From Sphaerodactylus townsendi (Eukaryota), in contig NC_059432.1 in assembly GCF_021028975.2 (NCBI RefSeq), positions 65,720,001-65,784,000 on the forward strand: DNA of 64,000 nt, in the 5' to 3' direction. The position numbers and the translations under genes are program-made. Position 1 is the first letter of the stretch, and every line of letters begins with the position of its first letter. Positions 50,511-61,189 of this stretch are shown one piece after another. A model generated the notes under the pieces. It was not told where the DNA came from and did not search any database. It saw only the letters and a program-made list of their open reading frames with translations.

Positions 50511-51907
50511 TCACTCCCACAGGTAACGCACATACCAGATAGTTTCATTCCTCAGTTGGGGTCCAAACAGTGGGTTGGCTTGTGACAGGATTGCTATAAG
50601 CCAACTGCATGTAGAAGACAAAAAAGTAGGAAAGGTAGTGTGCATTAGATCATGATTTCCAATAGTGGAAAACAGGAAGTGGCTAGGATATCCCTTCCTA
50701 GCAGAAAGTCTTTAGCTGCCAAAGCTGATTAGAGATCACTTAAGGCTTACTTCAAGGGGCAAAGTTCCAATGCATTATTTATAGGCACACTGTTAAGGGA
50801 TGCAACCTGCCCTCTCCCCCAGCCCAATTCTTTATCATGTTTTGTCCTGAGACGACATGCATGACTATACTAAAGACTTTAGGAAACAAATAGTGTTAGG
50901 GAATCTTGAAAGGGAGTATCAACTTAAGCTTCAAAGATATAAATGCACTAACAAAAAGAGATCCTCATCCAGGAGCAACCGCTTTGAGTCAAAGCATCTG
51001 ATAATGAAAGCAAAGAAAGTAAAAGGTATCCTGCCAGGCATAACCAGTTATTGATACTCACAAAAGATAACAGCAAATGGCTGTCGTGACCAACATGGTG
51101 ATAATCACCCTGCAGGGGAAAGTGAAAAATCACAGTTAGCAGGACAGTCTCCAAAGCAGGATTTATTTTAGGTAAAAATGCTTTATATGTGCAAATACTC
51201 CCCACTTCCATTTTATGAATCATTAACATTTTAAATGGAAAGTTTAAAGAAATTTAAAAACACTAACAGTAATACAAGAAATATGCAGATTTACAAGCTG
51301 ACCTTGGGCCAGTCATTCTCCCAACCCAGCCTACTTTACAGGGTTGTTGAAAGAATGCAAAAAAAAAAGAAAGAAAAGGATAGGAGGGCAATATTGTAAA
51401 CTACTTTGAGCGTCTATTAAAAAGAAAATTAGGGTACACATATTTAAATAAACTCCCCCCCCCCCAAGCACTGACGATGCAAGAGATCCTTAGGGTAGCA
51501 TGAATTCTGACACATTTAAGAACATTCTGGAATTTTTGATGTTCTTAACCATATTATGGTACGCAGCATGTCGCTCCGTCTGATTCCAGACCTCTTAATG
51601 AAATGTAACATACGCAACCATCCGGGTCCTAGAGCAGAGCAGCACACAGAAAGGCTTTGTATGTGGGTCTGGCAAGGGGGCTTTTGGGGTCACCAGTAGG
51701 GCCCTAAATCAGCGGTGCGCGATTCTCTCTTCGGCGTCTGAATCAGCGAGCCTGCCAATAGGCCGATCAAGCCGAGAGGCATGCAAGGGGGAAAGAAGCT
51801 CACCCGCGGTTGGGCCCTTTCGGCACGAGCCAAGGCCCCGCAAACCCCACGAGCCCCCAAAAGATGGAGAACAGGATGACGGGCAGCGCGAAGCTGTGAG
51901 CCGTCAT
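50511..51907 (-). CDS. ATP6V0E2: V-type proton ATPase subunit e 2 (81 aa, 3 coding exons)
   Basis: Exons 51907-51804, 51109-51062 and 50604-50511 (104+48+94 = 246 nt) give [81 protein letters not shown]. The [10 protein letters not shown] start and WYVRxLWE end match e2 rather than e1. Confidence 0.95.
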
Positions 51908-51939
51908 GGCGCCGCCGGGTCGCGCTGAGAAGCTGCCGC

Positions 51940-52150
51940 AGGTACCGGGGGAAAGATGCTCCCTTGATTGACAGAGCGACGCCAAGCCACCGCCCCTCTA
52001 GATCACGTGGGAGTCCGGGCGCTCAGAAGCCCTAGGCGCAGCCCTGATTGGCTTGAGGAGCTGCTCTTCCAACAGTCTTCTCCAATAGGACAAGTTTGCG
52101 ACCCTGCGCTACTGTTGAGGGGGCGAGCAAAATCAGGCAATGGGGAAGAA
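51940..52150 (-). promoter_or_regulatory. ATP6V0E2 promoter with E-box/CLEAR-like site and CCAAT boxes
   Basis: tcacgtg at 52003-52009, gattggc ~52046, ccaat ~52082; CpG-rich. Confidence 0.65.
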
Positions 52151-53017
52151 TAGGGAAGATTTCCCGTCAAATTGGAGAAGGCTGACACCACCCCAACAAC
52201 AGGCCTACTCTTCTCCCTAGATTTAAGAAAATAGGGTAAGTACTGCCAGTTTAAAGGAAATATGAATATCGGGTTACATTACTGGGATTGTTTTAGCAGC
52301 AATTTCCTTTTTATCCTAATGTTGTATTTATAGGTGCTGACAGTAACTGCAGTATTCAATGTTATTAAGACAACTACAAGTGAAGAAAATGTACATTTAA
52401 TACACATAATACAAATAGGGTATAATGGGAAAACATTTTGTTTTTTATTAAATAAGGAAAATGTGATTATTCAAAAGGGTTAAATGGGACAGTACATCAT
52501 TTGACATTTCAAACATTTTTTTGAAAAACGTAGTTAAATCACAGCAACTAGAGACTTTTGCTTACGTGGTTCATAAACACAGATTGGCCAGGATATACAA
52601 CCAGCCTCACCGCACACTGTAATCTCTAACATACCAAGTCCTTGCTTGTTCATCCAAAATCCCAGTTCCACTCTCCAGTAATTTTATACACCTATAATCT
52701 CATTCCTCAATAGAGTTCTGAAAATAAATGCTATAGAATGCTCTTGAACTCAGCCCCAGCCAAACAGCACATCAGAGCGTGAGGCACAGTACAGACCAAA
52801 ATAGAAGCAGTTTATCCCCTGCACACTCTGACCAAATAATTCAGGTACAGCGGTGTATGTTAACCAATTTTTGCAATCAAGTGCTCCAGATCATGATGTC
52901 AAATTTCCACTCTGACCAAGCTGAGGACTCCAGGAAGAGGCTCATACAACACATGTAGTGAGGACAGCATCCCCGAGTCCTCAGGCCCAAAGAAATGATC
53001 TGGCTGGGAAGGTGCAG

Positions 53018-56000
53018 CTATTTAGGGATCCTCCTAAGTTCATGAATCAGCCACAGAGCCACACTGAGCAGAATCAAGGACCCTGACTGATGAGTAGCTG
53101 CTAAAGAAGTTGGGACATACAGGAGTAGTGTGCTGATACCCAGGGTGACCTGCAGAGGAGAAAAAAGGGCAAGGGTGAGCATGAGCATGAGCAGCAAGGA
53201 AGTATACTGGCAATGTAGAAGTATATCTCTAGGTCTGCATAGGATTCCTATTACACAGGAAGAATTATGCCTAGAAATTCCACACCTGCTGGCAAGTTAG
53301 ATATTCGCTCTATTCATCTGCATCATCACAACTTTACAAATAATAATGGAATGGATGCCCACTCCATTATGGTCTCCGTTCCACTCCCACCACTCCCATT
53401 AAAAAAGGGTCTCAGTAGTGTTTCTGTGATAAAATGCTAATAAAGATGCTCTGGCAGCGACCTCTGCCATCTATATTTAAAATCAGAGACAGACAGAAAG
53501 CAAAAACATCCCATTGTAGCATTGCACGGTATTTCCCATGATGTAACACCACTGAACTAATTTTTCTTTCCAGTTTTAGGCTCAGAAGGCAGAAAAGAAT
53601 GTGCTATGGTGGCTGGTTTCAGTTTTAAATGGCAAACAGAAGAGTACTGCTATTAGGTACAAGCTGTTGGAGGAAAGAGGAACTTTGCATTCAACCCCTG
53701 AATCAAGGTTGCCATTAGCCTCAAGGAAATGGCAAACAGCATAGCTGCATGAAAGGAGAGAGTCAGTACCTGGAGGTATGCCACAGCCAGTAAAGAAGCC
53801 ACTGCCAACCTAGTCCTGCTTGGGAGAGGGATCTTCCTAGAAAGCAGGTACAAACCTGTGACAGCCGTGACAGACAAGGTTCCCTAAAGAAAGAACAGAA
53901 AAGCACTTGCTGAAAGGATGAGAAGACAGTAACAAGGGAATGGCCCCTACTTTACAGGGCAAGTAGATTCACAAAGCCATGCTTTCAACACTGTAGGAAT
54001 GATGGTTCAATCTATTATTCCTGCTGGAAACATGTGTTTTTAAAAATAAACATGGGACCCAATCGTTGCCTCATATACCTGGTAGCTATACATATGCTGA
54101 ACTTTCTCACAGACACTTAAGTCACTGAATCCAGCCCTGACCCCTGCAGCTTCCCAGCTCAAACTGATATCTTCTTTTCCACCCTCCTTTTATGATCTCC
54201 AGTATCATTTGCAGGCTTTAGCATTTTTTATTTACTTGATTTTCTATTCTGTCTTGCTTGCTGAGATTCAAGTCAGGTGACACAATAAAAAGCAATGTAA
54301 CCAAGTAGCATGAAACACCCTATAAATAATGTAATAGGACCAAGATTACAAAAGTTAGAAAAAAAATGCAAAACGAAAAAAGTATCAGATACATCAGAAA
54401 CAATGCAGAAAATGCATTTACAAAAGTAGAAAACAATGCAGTGAGAGCAGGTTAAAACATACAAGAAGTCTATTTCTTTCATAAACACACATCCTCCTGA
54501 ATCATTCCATTATATTACACCCCTGTCCCTTTGTAAAAAGTCTTACCTGAATGATTCTGTTCTATGTAATCTGTAGACTGACAGACATCTGGGGAAATTT
54601 TTGGCCTCCTTAGGCAAGCCATTCCACTAAATGGGGACATCAACAAAGAACGCAGGTATATGGCCAGCTATCGTACCACCTGCATAATGGCACTCTCAGA
54701 CTGCTTTTCTCAGATGTGTTCAATGAACCCATAGTCTCCCAAGGATTATGGCTACAGCCATAACATGAAATGCAAAATTTCAGGAAGGAAGTACAGACTG
54801 AACCACCAGTGTCACAACATTCAGTGAAGATAGCCTTGCCTGGCTCTGATATTTGAGATCCTTTAGTTGAAGATGGCAGAAACTGAAGAGAAAACCTTAG
54901 GCATGCATTTATGTGCTCTGCCCCTGAGCTACAGATGCTTACATCCCACACTCACAACTCCTCCGCCACTTTGTATAAGTCCAATAGGAACACACTCAAG
55001 GAAGAGGCAGCTGTTAAGATAAAGCTGAAGATGCTCACCAGGATTCTGTGATCAAACTGCACAGTTGTAGGATTCTCAAAAAAATTCTTCAGACGTGGGG
55101 AAAAAGCAAGGAGATCATCAGGGACCCAGTGTTCTCCCATCTTGGGGAAGGAATTATATACAAGTCCAGCATCCAATCCTGCCACAAATGCCCCTATAAT
55201 TCCAGAGAATGAGGATGATAACCTGGTTACATACAGGTAGTAGAACTAGCCATTGGATTGACATGAATCAAGGAGAAAGTTTAAGCTTCTTCTCCAAGGT
55301 TACATAGCCGTTCTTCAAAACACTGACTTGCCTGCAGGAAGAGGGGTTTTAGAGCCAGAAAAGGCCAAACTCTTTGATGGGACTCAAAGCAAAGCAATTA
55401 GGAAGGTTACCTGAGATGGCAGTGAGGAAAACAAGGCCTGCTGTTCCATAACTGAACCTCCTCAAGCGTAGAAGTTGGTGGGTTTCAGGTAACTGTCAAA
55501 AGACAAGCAATGGGAAGATCAAAGAAATATGTAATAACCTCTTTATATATTCCATGAATAAAACAACCAATTAGTATTCTTTAGGCAAATAAACAAACAG
55601 AGCCAGCAGATTCCAAGCCAAAGGCTGGCATTTTTGCTTCACTGTCAGGATTCTAAGGCAGCATCAGTAGCTCTCCCCAATCTTCCTAAGCAAGAATGGT
55701 ACTGCATAATTTTTCAAAAGCTTATATTCAATTATATGTAACTGCAAATCCAGAAATTCCTACAGAAATAAGTAGGTGTTCTTAGCAGCTATCATGAATG
55801 TCACTCGTGCTCTATTCAATCCTGCTGGCAATCCAATACACTACTCAAGTTCACAACTGCAACCTCTAGATGCATTTTCTTCACAGGATCCATAGTGAAA
55901 GGGGATCTGGTTGTTTCTTCTGCTGCACCATTCTATAATTTGTGTTAAGAGACTTACTAGAGAAAAAGGGTATCACTAGCACTGGATGAACTGTGGCACC

Positions 56001-59000
56001 AAAGCTATCTAAAATACTACATGCTAGACTGGAATTTCTGCAGCCCGCATTTCTCTTGCCATATTTCATTAAGCAACAGCCTTCTAAAGAGTGCACTGAT
56101 GCCGACGACACTCTTCTGTGCCCCATTTCTCAACAAACCTTGTGCAGTGGCAGCAGCAATGAGAGCCCAGTCCAAAGGCTGGAGCAGTAAAGAATAAGTG
56201 CAGAGCCCAGATGTGCAGCTAGACGATATTGACTGACCCGAGGGATATCATGACTGTCTGTCTTTTCCTCTAGTCCACTTTTTACCATATACCAACCCAA
56301 CAGACCCTGTGGAAACAAAGCCCAGAAAAAATTATAGTGAAACAAATCCTGCTCTCCTTGTTAACATTGTGTGCCCGCCCCGCCTGCCACAGCAACACTA
56401 TTAAAAGCAGAGATCAAGCTCCCTTTCACCAGCTGACTTTTCATTATGTCTTTTCAGGAAAGATGAGAAAGCAGGGGAAGGAATACCACTTCACAAGGCT
56501 GACCCACTTGCTCTCATTGCACGACTATGCAAGAACCACTATCTGCTGTATCTGTGAAGCTCTCGCATATCATTGTCTTATCGACTCATCTGCATTAGCT
56601 AAGTTCCTTGAGCCTGCAGGAACTCATGCTCTATCCCAGTTACTTTGCACACACCTACAGTCAATGAAGGATTCCAAGGCTGCAGTGATTTTTCCCCACC
56701 TGGAAGCAGACTAGCCCACAAAGAGCAAGGACACGGGTTTTCAAGGATCGGTTCAAGTAGCCCTTCCTCCAGAAGTAGGCTGCTGGGATGATGTACGCCA
56801 GCCCCACCAGCCTTCCCCACATACGGTGTGAATACTCCATATACCAGATGAATTTGAACTCCGTCAGCGTCATGTCATGGTTCAGGCTATTGGATTGGGA
56901 AAAAAGAGTGTTAAGAACCAGCAGCAGCCAGGTAATGCCACCCACTCTCCTCTTTCCACCTAGTGTTCTCTTGCAAGAAAGCATCCAAATGCCATTATCC
57001 CCAGTGACTCCGGCTGGAGGAAAGGCCATTTGATGGTGACATCAGATTTTTTTTCCCGTAAGAGAAATCTATTCTCTGGTAATCTTAGTCCAGTTCACAC
57101 TTACATTTTAAATTCCGGAAACTGCTGGTACTTTTGGAATTCTGCCTCCCACTCTTGCTGTGACTGAGGAGGCTTCATCTCCCGCACTAGGTGCCAGTCA
57201 ACCATGGAAAGCCCAGACTCTGTCAGCCTGAGAAGGAGAGGCACATCAATAATTCTCTATTGAGGGATGGGTGAAATGTAGTAGTGGTGAGGATATAGAG
57301 ATACAACAGCAATGCAGAAGGCAAACAGACTCTACCTGTAATCTTCTAATGGTGATGGTAGAAATAAAAACAACACATTTAATTCAGAATTAATCTGAAT
57401 TAACTGCTTCACCTTAATTTTCAACTTGGAATTCATAATATGGATTAGACATACTACTTAACACATACCAAAACATACAAATTCCAAGTTTAACTACCTT
57501 AATCCTGACCAGTTAAAACATATGAAGGGACAACCACTTTCAAAGCCATGTTAACTTTGCACAGCATTTGATATCTGGGTGCACTAGAGGCAAATCCAGC
57601 TGGAAGAGAGGTGATGCTTCTGGAATGTTTCTGACAGCAATCCAGATTAGGGAGCAAAACAAATAGGACACACAGCAAGCATAGCCATCAGTCTTTAAAA
57701 TAAGATATAAAAAGGCATTATACCAGCTTCATTTAGCCCAGAAGATGGACTCTTCTTATTCATGACACAGCTATCTGATCATGTGGATCCATGCTATGGT
57801 TACTTCAGAGCTAGACTATTGAAATGCTCTCACAAAGGTCTTGCCAGTTGGTGCAGAAATAAAAGTAAGTAAATATTCCAGACCAGGCGATATGCTGGTA
57901 TTAGAGTATGCCTATTATTTTTTTATCTAATGTAATCCAAAAAGACTTTACTGTACCATCCAAGGTCTCTGCAATGGATACCCCAAAGGACCTTAGGCTG
58001 AGACAGCATGCCTTATTTTCTAACACACTTTCTTCTCGGATGTATATTTGCCATTATCACATCCCCTTCTCAGGCCTTACAATATGAAATTCCTGTCCCT
58101 TCAGGACACATGAAAAATAGACCCTTGCTATTTCTTATTAATAATAGAATAGGCATTCAGAAGGCAGAGGGAATTTGTGTCTCTATATTTTGGGATCCAC
58201 ACATTATAACAGACAGGATGGAATGACTCTTCCTCGTAGCATCTTTCAAAACAGTGTACCAGAGAGAAAGAACAGACCACTGCTGAATGCAGAAAGATCT
58301 GCTGAACTTGTCAGCTGGAAAATATAGAGTAGGTAAAGAAAATATAGTCAAAGGCTTCCAGAGGAAATGGAGGCTAATTTGCTTCACCTTGTGACACCAC
58401 CCAGCACCACAGCTCCAGCCACAGTCCCACTGCAAATTAAGAGCCAACGGCCTATGGTCCGATCTCTCACAGCTTTGGGGATAGATGGCACTGCCAATCT
58501 TGGATGGGAAGCCACTTCTGACACTGTGCCATGCTGTGTCCGTGCTTGTGGACATCGCCACCACCGAAGACACTGCTGAAAATAAAGAAGAAAACAAGGA
58601 GCTGGTTAACAATTAGCCACAATCCACTGAATACAAACCCTCACCTCACTGCATAAACAACTAAAGTGCAAGGAGGTCTGCTTCTCAAACAAGACTGTAG
58701 AACCAGAATCATCTGAGAAGCTTCTTTTTTGTAAAATTCTTCTCTTAATAATTCAGAAACTCTGCCTGCAGTGCAGAAGACATTTTTCCAGGGTCCTCAA
58801 TGTGGTGACATTGGGCACCATGATACCCAACAATACCTTTCTTGACCCCTGCCAAGTGTCCTTAGAAAGTGTTTGGCCTTTTACCCAGCAAATCTCCTGA
58901 TTGGCAGAGCAGATTTTTTAAACTATTGCTTTGGCAGCAGCTGCCATCACAGCACAAGGATATTCACTATACAACTGAAGGTAAGCTGTGGCAGCTATTT

Positions 59001-60943
59001 GGTTATTGCATTTCACAATGATCCTTTATCAAGCACAAAAGAGAATGTTAGTCTGTGCAGTAAAAACTGACAGAACTCTTGTAGCACCTTAAAGACAGAC
59101 TCTTTATTTTAACACAATCTTTCATGGATTAGTGTTGACATAGTTCAATAAGATACAAGGTAAAATAAAAAATTGTTCACCTTTAATGTCACACAAGACT
59201 CCTTTTTATTTTCTCCACATTAAAAAACCCTTCCATTATATTAAATATCTAGCACATCAACAGGTTCTAATAGAGGTCATTCCTTACTTAATTTACTTGC
59301 AGTTTCAGCAAAGGAACATTTTTAAAGACTCCCTTCATGCATGGACGTAGGTAAGGGGGGGTTCTCGGGTTTGAAACCCCCCCATTCATGTCTGAAGCTC
59401 CGCCCCTCCATTTGTGGGTTTTAAAAACATTTTAGTACTTTTTCAGTTTTTGGCCTGCAGGGGGTGCATTGTTTGGGCTAACGCAGGGGTAGGGAACCTG
59501 CGGCTCTCCAGATGTTCAGGAACTACAATTCCCATCAGCCTCTGTCAGCATGGCCAATTGGCCATGCTGGTAGGGGCTGATGGGAATTGTAGGTTCCTGA
59601 GCCTGGCTGGGATTCCTGACTAGCAGCACCAAACTTTCAGGGATTGTTTGGGGACTCTCCTGATGATACTACCTGGGTTTGGTGAGGTTTGGTTCAGGGG
59701 TCCAAAGTTATGGACTCCCAAAGGGGTGCCCCATCCTCCATTGTTTTCAATGGGAGCTAATAGAACATGGGGGCCACACCTTTGAGGGTTCATAACTTTG
59801 GACCCCTAATAAACTTCACCAAACCTGAGATATTATCGGGAGAGTCTCTTATCAATACCACCTAAGTTTTTTAGGAAGCTTGGTCCAGGGGTCGAAAGCT
59901 ATGGACTCCCAAAGGGGTGCTCTCATCCCCCATTGTTTCCAATGGGGAGCTAATAGGAGATGGGGCTACACCTTTGAGGGTCCATAACTTTGGGACCCTG
60001 AACCTAAACTTCACCAAACCTGGGTGGTATCATTAGGAGAGAGTCTCCTAAAAATACCCTGAAAGTTTGGTGCTTATAGCTTAACAATTGCGCCCCTGAC
60101 AGCAGGCACACAAATTTCCCCAGATTCTCCTTTTAAATCCACCCCTTTAAAGGGAGAATCTGAGGTCCTCAGTTTAGAAGAAGATGAAGAGTTTGGATTT
60201 ATATCCCCTTTCTCTCCTGTAGGAGACTCCAAAGGGGCTTACAATCTCCTTGCCCTTGCCCCCTCACAACAAGGTGGGTGGGGCTGGAGAGCTCAGAAAA
60301 TCTGTGACTAGCCCAAGGTCACCCAGCTGGCGTGTGTGGGGAGTGCACAGGCTAATCTGAATTCCCCAGATAAGCCTCCACAGCTCAAGTGGCAGAGCAG
60401 GGGAATCAAACCTGGTTCCTCCAGATTGGAATGCACCTGCTCTTAACCACTACACCACATTGAAAGTGATGCTGTTTCAGGGTGGGGGATAATCCACCCC
60501 AAAACAGCATCACTTTCAACGTTGTTTAACTAGGGACCCCAGATTCTCCCTTTAAGGTGGATTTAAAAGGAGAATTTGGGCTCTCTAGTTTAAACACCAT
60601 TGAAAGTGATGCTGTTTGAGGGTGTGGATTCAACATCATCAGCGCTAGGCCAGGGGCGGGGCTTGGGGAGGCGTGGCCATGCCCTGGGCAGGCGGGGTGT
60701 GCCCCAACCTCCCCCCCCATAAAAAAAAAAATCTATACCTACGTCCCTGCCTTCATGCCATTTGAATAAGCACAGCCTGTTCGGCCACCACCTCCTCTCC
60801 ATTTGTAGACCAAGGCCTCCCCAGTCGAGGAATTATTTCACTACCACGGAATCCTCTGAAGATACCTGGCTAGGAGAAGGCTCCTCCTCTACGAGGAGCC
60901 TAATACAACCAGAATCCTGCCAAGTAAAAGCTCGCAGCAGCAT
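53018..60943 (-). CDS. COX15: Heme A synthase COX15 (9 exons)
   Basis: Exons 60943-60866 (three apparent 1-nt insertions versus the copy at 31529-31603), 58575/58572-58388, 57227-57105 ([11 protein letters not shown]), 56886-56700 ([12 protein letters not shown]), 56306-56139 (GWYMVKSGL), 55492-55411, 55193-55039 ([20 protein letters not shown]), 53883-53770, 53149-53018 ([15 protein letters not shown]). Phases are consistent. Confidence 0.96.
59340..60749. mobile_element. Non-autonomous hAT-type transposon in COX15 intron 1, with nested MITE and SINE
   Basis: TIRs catggacgtaggta / tacctacgtccctg with a perfect 8-bp TSD ccttcatg (59332-59339, 60750-60757). Internal ~175-bp tandem units. Partial duplicate at ~30260-31411. 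Confidence 0.9.
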
Positions 60944-61189
60944 CACTTCCAAATACAACCCGGACGTAGTTTGTTTCTGTCATCAGATTTGTTACAACTA
61001 CTTCCGGAATACAAGACACCAACACCAGTCCATGTTCATGATACCATGTGACATGTAGGAGGAGCCTTGTTTTCTCTCGCGCTCAGCAGGGCAGGTAGGA
61101 ACGGAGGGGCGTGGCTTCTCCTCAGGGCGCGCTTGACAGAACTGTCAATACCGACGTCGCCTCCAGAGTCCCATCAAGGCGGACGCGTG
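60944..61189. promoter_or_regulatory. Bidirectional promoter COX15/CUTC (duplicate at 31604-31854)
   Basis: About 250 bp between divergent ATGs; CpG-rich; ETS/GABP-like acttccgg (~61000) and GC boxes. Confidence 0.75.
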
